Source: Candidatus Falkowbacteria bacterium CG1_02_37_21
GTDB lineage: Bacteria > Patescibacteriota > Patescibacteriia > Patescibacteriales > UBA12465
Direction: 5' to 3'
DNA: 52,102 nt
Assembly: GCA_001871165.1 (NCBI GenBank)
Contig: MNUT01000002.1
Span: forward strand, 1 to 52,102
In this document: positions 38,212 through 46,794 of the stretch, one piece after another
Position numbering within the stretch: position 1 is the first letter of the stretch
Layout: every line of letters starts with the position of its first letter
The notes under the pieces: generated by a model
Seen by the model: only the letters and a program-made list of their open reading frames with translations
Databases searched by the model: none
What the model was told of the DNA's origin: nothing
Made by a program: the position numbers and the translations under genes

Positions 38212-39351
38212 ATGAAAAATAAAGGCCTAAAATTCCTCATATTAGCCGTTCTGATTTTGCTGCCCATATCCGCTCTTCGGGCCGCCGGTAATCATGCCGG
38301 GGCTAATATCTATGTGCCTGAGAGTGAGATTATCAGCGGTAATTTTTATGCCACCGGACAAGACATCACAGTTGACGGCAACATCGGCGGAGACTTAATA
38401 GTCGCCGGACAAAATATTAAAGTTAACGGAGATGTAGAGGGGGACATAATCGCTGTCGGACAAAGTATAACTATTGACGGTTTCATAGGCGGCAATGTTC
38501 GTGTCGTCGGAAACTCTTTAACTATTAATGGTTCTGTGGCGCGCAATGTTAATGCTTTTGGCACCAATGTTATATTAGGGCCAAACTCTAATATAGGCTG
38601 GGACGTTTATAGCGTCGGTTCTCTCGTAGAAGCTAGAGGAATAATTAACGGTAATTTAAACGGTTACGCCGCCCAGGCCTTAATAACCGGTACAGTTGAA
38701 AAAGATATTAATCTTAATCTGGGTGAAAGTGATGATGTTTCTTCTTTAACGATTAGCTCTACGGCCGTTATCAATGGAAATCTAAACTACACATCTAATA
38801 ATACAGCCAATATTGCCACCGACGCCAAAATAAACGGTACTACCGAACAAAAATTTCCGAAAATACAAGAGAATAGTTGGCTAATGGCTTGGGCCTGGAA
38901 AACTCTATTTACGATGTTCTCTGCCTTCTTCATCGGTTTAGTATTAGTCTTTGGCTTAAAAAATATTACTGACGGTATCTTAAACGGAATGGAAAAAACT
39001 CCCGCCAAAAAAATTCTACCGGGATTGATCATTATGCTAATTACCCCACCGCTCGCTATTATTTTAATGTTGACTCTAATCGGTATTCCTCTGGCCGTAA
39101 TACTCTTGGCGCTATGGATGATACTTTTATATGTAGCCAGAATTATTACCGCCCTCTGGATTGGAAAATTAATTGTCTCTAAAATAGATAAAAAAAGTTC
39201 ATCTCTCATGTGGCCTCTAGTCATCGGCGTCTTAGTTCTTTTCTTATTAACATCTATTCCTATCTTGGGCGCATTCATTTGTTTAATCGCTGTCTGGCTC
39301 GGGCTAGGCGCTATCTACTCTTATGCTTACAATCAATACAAAAATATTTAA
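38212..39351 (+). CDS. Bactofilin-like beta-helix repeat protein with C-terminal TM domain
   Basis: Repeats G.I.GD...AGQ.I.V.G; signal peptide; several TM helices. Confidence 0.8.
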   Translation: MKNKGLKFLILAVLILLPISALRAAGNHAGANIYVPESEIISGNFYATGQDITVDGNIGGDLIVAGQNIKVNGDVEGDIIAVGQSITIDGFIGGNVRVVGNSLTINGSVARNVNAFGTNVILGPNSNIGWDVYSVGSLVEARGIINGNLNGYAAQALITGTVEKDINLNLGESDDVSSLTISSTAVINGNLNYTSNNTANIATDAKINGTTEQKFPKIQENSWLMAWAWKTLFTMFSAFFIGLVLVFGLKNITDGILNGMEKTPAKKILPGLIIMLITPPLAIILMLTLIGIPLAVILLALWMILLYVARIITALWIGKLIVSKIDKKSSSLMWPLVIGVLVLFLLTSIPILGAFICLIAVWLGLGAIYSYAYNQYKNI

Positions 39352-40696
39352 AGCCTACGACATCAGAGGTATTTATAACCAAGACTTTGATGATGAAATG
39401 GCTTATCTCTTAGGCCTCGCTTTTGTGGAACTGAGAAAAAACGATGCTGATTATCAGCCAGGGCAAGTTCTTCAAATCGCTGTGGGCTCTGATATGCGTT
39501 TATCCTCCCCTTCTCTTAAAGAGAACTTATTACGCGGTCTAACGGCAGCCGGGGCCGAGGCGGTTGATATTGGTTTAGTTGCTACCCCTACTTTCTACTT
39601 TGCTGTGAGTCGTTATAACTATCAAGGTGGTATTATGATTTCCGCCTCACATAATCCGAAAGAGTGGAACGGTTTCAAATTAGTACGTTCTAAGTCCGTA
39701 CCGGTTAGCGGCGATAGTGGTATAGAGTTTCTCAAAGAAAAAATAATATCCGGGGAACTTAAAGTTGCTGAAAAAAGTGGCCAAGTTATAAAAAAAGAAG
39801 GAGTGCTGGAAGATGAAATAAATTATGCTTTAACCGCTACTAATACTTCCCAAACTAAAGCATTAAAAATAGTTGTTGATACCGCTAACAGCATGGGCAT
39901 CGTCTACTTTCAAGCTCTCGCTAAAAAATTACCTCATACTTTTATTACTATTAATTCTGAGCTAGACGGCACTTTTCCGGTCCATGAAGCTGATCCCTTA
40001 AAAGAAGAAAACCTGGCACAACTGAGAGAGGAAATAATTAAACAAAAAGCTGATTTAGGCATCTCCACCGATGGCGATAGTGATCGTATTTTCTTTGTGG
40101 ATAACAAAGGGATAACAATAGAACCGGCTTTACTACGTGGTTTACTCGCTCAAATCTTTCTTAAAGACAAACCGGGAGCTAAAATCGGTTATGATGTTCG
40201 ACCAGGGAAAATTACTGTAGATATGATTGAAGCTGGCGGCGGTCTTCCCATTCTTACTCGCGTCGGACATTCTTTAATTAAAGAACAAATGTTAAAAGAA
40301 GACATTTATTTTGCCGGCGAATCTTCCGGACATTTCTTCTTTAATGATCCTCAAGGCTGTTTTGAGTATCCACCCTTAATGATCTTAAAATTACTCAGTG
40401 TCTTTTCGGCAAATGAACTAGACCTCAACAGTTATACTAATCCCTATAAAAAATATTTTCATTCCGGAGAAATTAATCGTTCCGTTGTCAGTAAGGAGGC
40501 GGTGTTTGCCCAAGTTTTAGAAAAATATAAGGACGGCCAAATTAGCACCTTAGATGGCGTCTCGGTAAAATTTGCTGATTTCTGGTTCAATGTCCGTGGC
40601 TCCAATACCGAACCTTTAGTGCGCCTAAATCTGGAAGCCATCAGCCAAGAAGTTATGGAAAAACGGCGTGATGATGTTTTAGAACTACTAAAATAG
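39323..40696 (+). CDS. Phosphomannomutase/phosphoglucomutase
   Basis: FKAYDIRG, SASHNP, DGDSDR, GESSGH, RGSNTEP. Confidence 0.95.
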   Translation: MLTINTKIFKAYDIRGIYNQDFDDEMAYLLGLAFVELRKNDADYQPGQVLQIAVGSDMRLSSPSLKENLLRGLTAAGAEAVDIGLVATPTFYFAVSRYNYQGGIMISASHNPKEWNGFKLVRSKSVPVSGDSGIEFLKEKIISGELKVAEKSGQVIKKEGVLEDEINYALTATNTSQTKALKIVVDTANSMGIVYFQALAKKLPHTFITINSELDGTFPVHEADPLKEENLAQLREEIIKQKADLGISTDGDSDRIFFVDNKGITIEPALLRGLLAQIFLKDKPGAKIGYDVRPGKITVDMIEAGGGLPILTRVGHSLIKEQMLKEDIYFAGESSGHFFFNDPQGCFEYPPLMILKLLSVFSANELDLNSYTNPYKKYFHSGEINRSVVSKEAVFAQVLEKYKDGQISTLDGVSVKFADFWFNVRGSNTEPLVRLNLEAISQEVMEKRRDDVLELLK

Positions 40697-40768
40697 GTTC
40701 AATTATTTCTACAAAAAAAGACCTCTATAAAGTTAGGGGTCTTTTTAAATTGATAATCTATTAAAACT

Positions 40769-41062
40769 TTATTTTCTGTCTACTTCAATCGTTCCCTGAT
40801 TGACTAAAGCGGCTAAGGCGCCAACAGCGGCTAAAATAGGGGCAACCACTACGCCAATGACCGCTACCGTTACCGGAATTTCCATGAGAGTTTTTCCTTT
40901 TTCGTTCTTGATAATAATCCGACGAACATTACCTTCCTTAATAAGCTCTTTAACCTTCTTCAAAATCTCATGACTGGCAACTTTAAATTGTTCTTTGTTA
41001 GACGTTCCTTTTGATTTTGAACTAGACTTAGTTTTAGTCTTAGTACTTTTTACTTTAACCAT
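40769..41062 (-). CDS. DUF4342 domain protein
   Basis: KVKELIKEGNVRRIIIK..EIPVT..AAVGALAALV. Confidence 0.85.
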   Translation of the reverse strand: MVKVKSTKTKTKSSSKSKGTSNKEQFKVASHEILKKVKELIKEGNVRRIIIKNEKGKTLMEIPVTVAVIGVVVAPILAAVGALAALVNQGTIEVDRK

Positions 41063-41131
41063 ATATTTATAATTAAATTATAGTTTATATTATAGCATAC
41101 TCAAACCTAAAAAATACTTCAGACATCAATT

Positions 41132-42814
41132 TTACTTAGGCCATTTCATTTTATAAGCCTCCTTATTATATTGACGTAAAACTCGCTCGGTATTAAAAAC
41201 TGGAGCATTAATAGCGATCGTAGAACGCATTAAATTTCGCCATTTCTGGGGACGCTGATAATAGAGTGGTAAAATTTCTTTCTCCAATAAATCATAAATA
41301 TTATTTTTTCTAGTTGTCTTATTTTCTCGAATTATCCAACCTGTTTTTCCTTTAACATGTCCCTCCGGCCACCAACCATCAAAAGTACTTAACTGAGGAA
41401 TACCGTTATGAGCCGCTTTCATACCACTAGTGCCGGAAGCTTCCAGGGGTGGGGTAGGGGTATTGAGCCAAAGATCAGCCCCACCGCTTAATAATTGAGC
41501 TTGATTTAAATCATAACCGGATAAAAAGATAACTTTTATCTTACCTCTCAATTTCTTCTTTATATCCCAGATAAATTTAATAAGTTTTCTCCCTTCCTCA
41601 TCTTCCGGATGAGCCTTCCCTGCTAAAACAATTTGAATTTTTCCGGCTCGTCGTTGAACCTCTAACAATTTATAAAGATTGGCAAATAAAAGTTGTGGAC
41701 GTTTATAAGAAGTGAAGCGACGCGCAAAAACAATGGTGAAAGTATTTATATCAAGGTTTTCACCTGTTTTTTTTCGCACCCATTCCGCTAATCTTTTTTT
41801 AGCCACTTGATGAGCCTGCCAAATTTCAGAGGAATTAATTGTCTCCACTTTAACCAAGTTCTGACAGTTACGACGCCAGGTCGGAATATATTTATCATAC
41901 CGTTTTTGTAGTTCCGGGGTTGTCCAGAAAAAAGAATTTACTCCGTTAGTTATCGCCTTAATTTTATAGTCAGAAAACATTTTTTGCGTCACGCTCTGGT
42001 GCAAACAAGCAACGGCGTTAACATAAGCACTATTATATAAACCAAGTTGGGTAAAATTTATATTATTATCTTGATCGGGAAAGCCGGGTAAAGAAGGCCA
42101 ATCCGGCTGATATTTTAATAAAAAATCTTCAGAAAAAACATCTTGTGTAGAGCGCAAAGGAGAGTGAACAGTAAAAACACAAAGAGAGCGGACTTCTTTC
42201 AGCTTAGCTGTCATAGTTTTTTTAGAAGACTCTAACAGCAATTCTATGGTTGCCAAACTACCATGCCCTTCGTTAAGGTGATATTTTTTAATTTTCTTAT
42301 ATCCTAAAGCAGCTAACATTTTTACACCACCTCGACCTAAAACTATTTCTTGCTTAAGTCGATATTCTCGATTAGAGGCGTATAAATAATCCGTAAGCCG
42401 ACGATTAGCCCGGCTATTACCGGGAAGATTAGTATCTAAAAAATAAACCGGTCTGACGAACTGATTGCCGACCGCTCCTTTGACAAGAAAACGCCAAGCA
42501 CCAACTGTAACTTTTTCTCGACCAATCATTACCGTCACCTCTTGCTTCATTTTTTCTAGAAGCGCTAAAGGAAAACTTTTCTCTGCCCGTGCAATCTGAT
42601 CACCCTCGGAACTAATTGTCTGTTTAAAATAACCGCGACGATTAAGTAAGGTCATGCCAACTAAAGGAAAATTATTGTCAGCGGCCGAACGCATAATATC
42701 ACCCGCTAAAACACCCAAACCGCCGGCATAAGTCGGTAGATTGTTAGATACAGCTATCTCTAGACTGAAATAAGCAACAATTTCATTATTTTCTTTAATT
42801 TGAGTTTGAGACAT
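41132..42814 (-). CDS. glgP: Alpha-glucan (glycogen) phosphorylase
   Basis: YAGGLGVLAGD, HLNEGH, FARRFTSYKR, EASGTSGMKA. Confidence 0.93.
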   Translation of the reverse strand: MSQTQIKENNEIVAYFSLEIAVSNNLPTYAGGLGVLAGDIMRSAADNNFPLVGMTLLNRRGYFKQTISSEGDQIARAEKSFPLALLEKMKQEVTVMIGREKVTVGAWRFLVKGAVGNQFVRPVYFLDTNLPGNSRANRRLTDYLYASNREYRLKQEIVLGRGGVKMLAALGYKKIKKYHLNEGHGSLATIELLLESSKKTMTAKLKEVRSLCVFTVHSPLRSTQDVFSEDFLLKYQPDWPSLPGFPDQDNNINFTQLGLYNSAYVNAVACLHQSVTQKMFSDYKIKAITNGVNSFFWTTPELQKRYDKYIPTWRRNCQNLVKVETINSSEIWQAHQVAKKRLAEWVRKKTGENLDINTFTIVFARRFTSYKRPQLLFANLYKLLEVQRRAGKIQIVLAGKAHPEDEEGRKLIKFIWDIKKKLRGKIKVIFLSGYDLNQAQLLSGGADLWLNTPTPPLEASGTSGMKAAHNGIPQLSTFDGWWPEGHVKGKTGWIIRENKTTRKNNIYDLLEKEILPLYYQRPQKWRNLMRSTIAINAPVFNTERVLRQYNKEAYKMKWPK

Positions 42815-42878
42815 AATCTTAAAAATTAACTTAAATTATTATAGCACATCAAGTATAATATAATAAAAAGAGGTTAAT

Positions 42879-43508
42879 TTAATTAACCTCTGTTGACCTC
42901 GTTTTTAAATAGGTTTTGTTTTCTGTATTGTGCCACAATTTTACTATATTACTACGATGTAAATACAGAACTAAGACTAATACCAACACCGAAAAAATAG
43001 TAATATATAAATTATCTCCCCAAGCACAAGATCTCCCCTTAAGTCCTTGGGAAACTAGTATTGCTGTTGCAGCATACAGAGAACCAAGCGACACATACTT
43101 AGTAAAGTAATAAATAATAACAAATACTAATATGGCTATTACGGCAGCAAGAGGGTTAAGAACTAAAAATATTCCCCCACCGGTAGCAATAGCTTTCCCG
43201 CCTTTAAACCCCAAAAATACTGAATAGGCGTGTCCGATAATAACAGCTAAACTAATTATAGCCACCTGCCACAATGGTAAAGATAAAATATTCCAACTAA
43301 CTATTACAAGAATAGCACCTTTAAAAGCATCCAGCAGTAAAGTCAATAAACCCAACTTCCAGCCCAAAGCTCTTAAGGTGTTGGTAGCACCAAAATTGCC
43401 GCTACCAACATTTTTCAAATCAATATCATGAGCTTTAGCTATGATATTGCTTGAAGAAACAGAGCCTAATAAATAGGCCGATAACAATAAACAAATAAAT
43501 AGAAACAT
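42879..43508 (-). CDS. plsY: Glycerol-3-phosphate acyltransferase
   Basis: YLLGS, GSGNFGATN, GHAYSVF..FKGGKAIAT, HRSNI. Confidence 0.93.
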   Translation of the reverse strand: MFLFICLLLSAYLLGSVSSSNIIAKAHDIDLKNVGSGNFGATNTLRALGWKLGLLTLLLDAFKGAILVIVSWNILSLPLWQVAIISLAVIIGHAYSVFLGFKGGKAIATGGGIFLVLNPLAAVIAILVFVIIYYFTKYVSLGSLYAATAILVSQGLKGRSCAWGDNLYITIFSVLVLVLVLYLHRSNIVKLWHNTENKTYLKTRSTEVN

Positions 43509-43678
43509 GATTTTTTCTCCCGATTTAATTTACTTTTTTTGAATTTTTATGAGCGCGATAGTGAACATAAACTATCGTCCCAAATATTATTGTTAGCCAA
43601 AAATAATCCCAGAACCCCCAATTTAACCAAGATTGGTATTGTGCTATAACATTTTTAATGAACAACGTGGACTCCGTT

Positions 43679-43837
43679 TTAAATACCCCGAACGTAATCT
43701 TCGCACCCGTCAATATAAATGGCTTTGCATTTGCATTCAATAAGTTTTTTATTGGTATTCCAAAAAATCTCATCACCACAATGAGTGCATTTGTAGTAAG
43801 TTTCTTCTTTGGTTTTGTTGGCGATTTCCTTTGACAT
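43679..43837 (-). CDS. Small zinc-ribbon-like protein (possibly truncated)
   Basis: ATG 43837; KCTHCGDEI...CKCKAIYIDG. Confidence 0.55.
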   Translation of the reverse strand: MSKEIANKTKEETYYKCTHCGDEIFWNTNKKLIECKCKAIYIDGCEDYVRGI

Positions 43838-43841
43838 ATAA

Positions 43842-45128
43842 TTAAGCAGTTTTTTTATCCTCAAGGAGCCATTCCCATAATGGTCTAAAGTATATGGTCA
43901 TGCCATCTTTTTCTACTGCACGTTTTTCATCCCATGTCAGAACCGTAAGTTTTTTCACTTTCAATTCACCGCCTGCCTCTATTAAGGCCTTTACCTCTCT
44001 TTGTTCGACGTCAGAATTTATTGACTCATAGCAGACTTGTATAAGTTCAGTGACATCTATCCCATTTTTGACAACAAAATCAATCTCACGATCGTTGCGA
44101 GTCTTGTAATAGAATAAATCCCTGTTCGGTTTGACTCCACGCTTCACCAATTCGGTAAAAACAAGGTTCTCCATGAGCTTTCCTTTGTCGGGAGAATGCT
44201 GAATTGCTTTTGCAGTTATAAAACCATTGTCGACTGCATACACTTTTCGGGGAGACTTAATCCGTTGTATGGATTTTGGCGAATATCGAAGTAGAGAAAA
44301 TATAAGATATGCTTCTTCCAGATATTTTATATATTTCTCTATAGTAGACGCACTCTTTAAATTTAGAATTTCAAGAATTTTCCGTATCGTATACAAATTT
44401 GCAAAGTTGTTTATTAAATGTCCTCCTAAGTTTGCTACTTGAGTTGAAAATTTAACCCTGTGCCTTTTAACCACGTCTTTGAAAACCAGAGAGTCAAATA
44501 ACACATCAAGATAGTCCTTGGGATCAACGTTATGGACCGCAACCTCAGGAAATCCACCATTAATAAGATAGTTTTCCATGAGGTTTAAAAGCTCGCCACG
44601 CTGTTGCGGTAGTGCACTATATTCCTCGCTTATTTGAAATTTCTTTGCGCGGAGAAATTCACTAAAATCAAACGGCAGTATTTCTATGGGCATATGTCTG
44701 CCGGTCAAATGCGTAGCAAGTTCTTTTGAAAGCAGATGGGCATTCGATCCTGTAAGCACAAGATTGTATCCCTCCCGGTGCAGACGATTAACAAACAACT
44801 CCCATCCGGGGAGGTTTTGTATTTCATCAAACAAAACAGTCTTAACTTGGCCATATGCGGCGTGCAGTTCTTTCATCAGTTCATCAGTGGCTATTCCGCC
44901 CGCACTCGATAATACTTCATCATCAAAATTGAAGTACATGAACGGCCGATCCTTCAAGAGCATAAAAGAAAAGACGGATTTCCCAGCACGTCGGGGCCCA
45001 AGAATTACTTTTATCAAATTCGAATCCAGCCATTTTTTAGCAAATGGCTCCTTGGCTCGGCCTATGTACGAAAGAGTAAGAAGTTGCTCTTTCTGCAGTT
45101 TTTGGTTAGAAACTATGTCTTTAAGCAT
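43842..45128 (-). CDS. AAA+ ATPase (AAA_14) with C-terminal DUF4143
   Basis: GPRRAGKS, FDEIQ, LTGS, LTGR, GGFPE, KVYAVDNG, EIDFV. Confidence 0.92.
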   Translation of the reverse strand: MLKDIVSNQKLQKEQLLTLSYIGRAKEPFAKKWLDSNLIKVILGPRRAGKSVFSFMLLKDRPFMYFNFDDEVLSSAGGIATDELMKELHAAYGQVKTVLFDEIQNLPGWELFVNRLHREGYNLVLTGSNAHLLSKELATHLTGRHMPIEILPFDFSEFLRAKKFQISEEYSALPQQRGELLNLMENYLINGGFPEVAVHNVDPKDYLDVLFDSLVFKDVVKRHRVKFSTQVANLGGHLINNFANLYTIRKILEILNLKSASTIEKYIKYLEEAYLIFSLLRYSPKSIQRIKSPRKVYAVDNGFITAKAIQHSPDKGKLMENLVFTELVKRGVKPNRDLFYYKTRNDREIDFVVKNGIDVTELIQVCYESINSDVEQREVKALIEAGGELKVKKLTVLTWDEKRAVEKDGMTIYFRPLWEWLLEDKKTA

Positions 45129-45458
45129 ATTATTTTACTTGTATTGGACAGAATAAGTTGTTTTTGTCCACTACAAGTAGTATAATGGACAGGAACGGGA
45201 AAGTCAACAATAATTAGCACTTATGGACGATTAAGAAACCCTAATAGAATACAAGGATAAATATCAGCTCAAATGGAGGAAATTTTTATGGACAAATTAG
45301 CCTATCCAAACCATCATTCCTTCACCGATCATCAGAGGCTTAATGCAGGCCGAGGACATGGTCTTTACCAAGAAATACAAAAATCCCAACAAATTAATTA
45401 AGCTTTGGATTAGAATTGAAGTCAATCAACCGAACTTGGTTATATTAGATACCGTTTG

Positions 45459-45697
45459 GGGTGCCTATCGGGAATTAGCGCGCTCAACCGCCGCCAGAAT
45501 TGCGGCGGTCTCGCTTGTCCAGGGTTGGCGTCCGATATGCCACCCGGCATATCGTCCGACGCTCTCCTTTTCGCTATTTCTTCCGAAATAGCTCAAGACT
45601 CGCTGCCAACCTGTCCGATTCCCCGCGACTACGTCGCTATAATAAAAATAATCCAGAAAATTCTGGATTATTTTTATTATGGGTGCCTATCGGGAAT
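45459..45697 (-). repeat. tRNA-His-linked ~222-bp structured mini-element (copy B)
   Basis: 17-bp direct repeat GGGTGCCTATCGGGAAT at 45459 and 45681; core homologous to 13540-13774. Confidence 0.85.
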
Positions 45698-45753
45698 CGG
45701 ACCCGAAATAACAGGACCACAACCTGCTGTGTTACCACTACACCATAGGCACC
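45682..45753 (-). tRNA. tRNA-His(GTG)
   Basis: G-1, acceptor GTGCCTA/TAGGCAC, C73, loop TTGTGGT; atypical T-loop TCCGATT. Confidence 0.92.
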
Positions 45754-45772
45754 ATTTGTTTCTTTTGAAACG

Positions 45773-45844
45773 TACGCCCGGAAGGAATCGAACCTTCGTC
45801 TAGAGCTTAGAAGGCTCTCGTTCTATCCGTTGAACTACGGGCGC
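45773..45844 (-). tRNA. tRNA-Arg(TCT)
   Basis: Acceptor GCGCCCG/CGGGCGT, loop CTTCTAA, T-loop TTCGATT. Confidence 0.94.
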
Positions 45845-45915
45845 AAAAAAATTAGAGAACCAGCCCTAATCACCGTTTTATATTAAAATAAATATTAACT
45901 CCTGTCAACATAAAA

Positions 45916-46701
45916 TTAAAGCTCTCTTTGTCTTAATGCTTCAAAGGCAATAACGGCTGCCGCCACTGAAACATTTAAAGAATCTAAACCAGATATCATC
46001 GGTATTTTTATTAACTTATCAGCAGATTTTAACCAATCATCACTTAAACCATCAGCCTCTGAACCTAAAACTATAGCCGCCCCTAAACACCAGTTTACCG
46101 CCGTATAATTTTGTTTAGCGCTAGTAGCGGCGGCAAAACTTTTAATCTTATTCTTTTTTAACCAAGCAGCAGTATCCTTAAGTGAAGAACTAACAACCAA
46201 CTCAGAAAAAACATAGCCCTCGCTAGCGCGAATAACATTAGGATTATAAATATCAGTTTGATTATCATTAATTATAACAGCTGTCGCCCCTACAGCATAA
46301 GCTGTTCGCAAAATAGCTCCTAGATTGCCAGGTTTTTCTACTTTTTCTAAAACAATAATCAAAGGATTCTTGTCCAACTTAATATCATCTAGATTTAAAC
46401 TAGGCCGTAATGCTAAAGCTAAGAAACCGTCCGGATTTTCTTTATAAGAAATTTTGCTAAAAATAGCTTCTGTCACTTCTATTATATTTTCTTCCGGCAC
46501 GCTAAAAACTCGCTTAGGATCAGCGTCATTCAAAGACGGACAATAAAATAAAGTAGTGACAGTAGTTCCAGATTTAAGAGCTAAGGCTATCTCTCTAATT
46601 CCGTCTATCACAATTAAACCTTGTCTTTTTCTTTCCCCAGCTTTTTTTAGACGAACCGTATTGTTAATAATAGGGTTAGCCGTACTATTTATTTTCTTCA
46701 T
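45916..46701 (-). CDS. TrmH/SpoU-family RNA methyltransferase
   Basis: EKPGNLGAILRTA, GSEADGL, IPM..DSLNVSVA. Confidence 0.93.
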   Translation of the reverse strand: MKKINSTANPIINNTVRLKKAGERKRQGLIVIDGIREIALALKSGTTVTTLFYCPSLNDADPKRVFSVPEENIIEVTEAIFSKISYKENPDGFLALALRPSLNLDDIKLDKNPLIIVLEKVEKPGNLGAILRTAYAVGATAVIINDNQTDIYNPNVIRASEGYVFSELVVSSSLKDTAAWLKKNKIKSFAAATSAKQNYTAVNWCLGAAIVLGSEADGLSDDWLKSADKLIKIPMISGLDSLNVSVAAAVIAFEALRQREL

Positions 46702-46794
46702 ACTCTTAACAATGTGTTTAGGTTGGACAAAAACTGTAATGAAATTATAATATAAAAGCTGACAAAAGGCTAATGATAATGATATAATAAAAAC

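Noticed and set aside
43525-43779. 84-aa ORF as an intact gene
   Set aside because: Its 5' half overlaps the zinc-ribbon ORF out of frame; only the 3' hydrophobic part looks coding, so it is probably a fragment
45343-45803. Three overlapping plus-strand ORFs
   Set aside because: They cross mini-element B and antisense tRNAs; no recognisable protein
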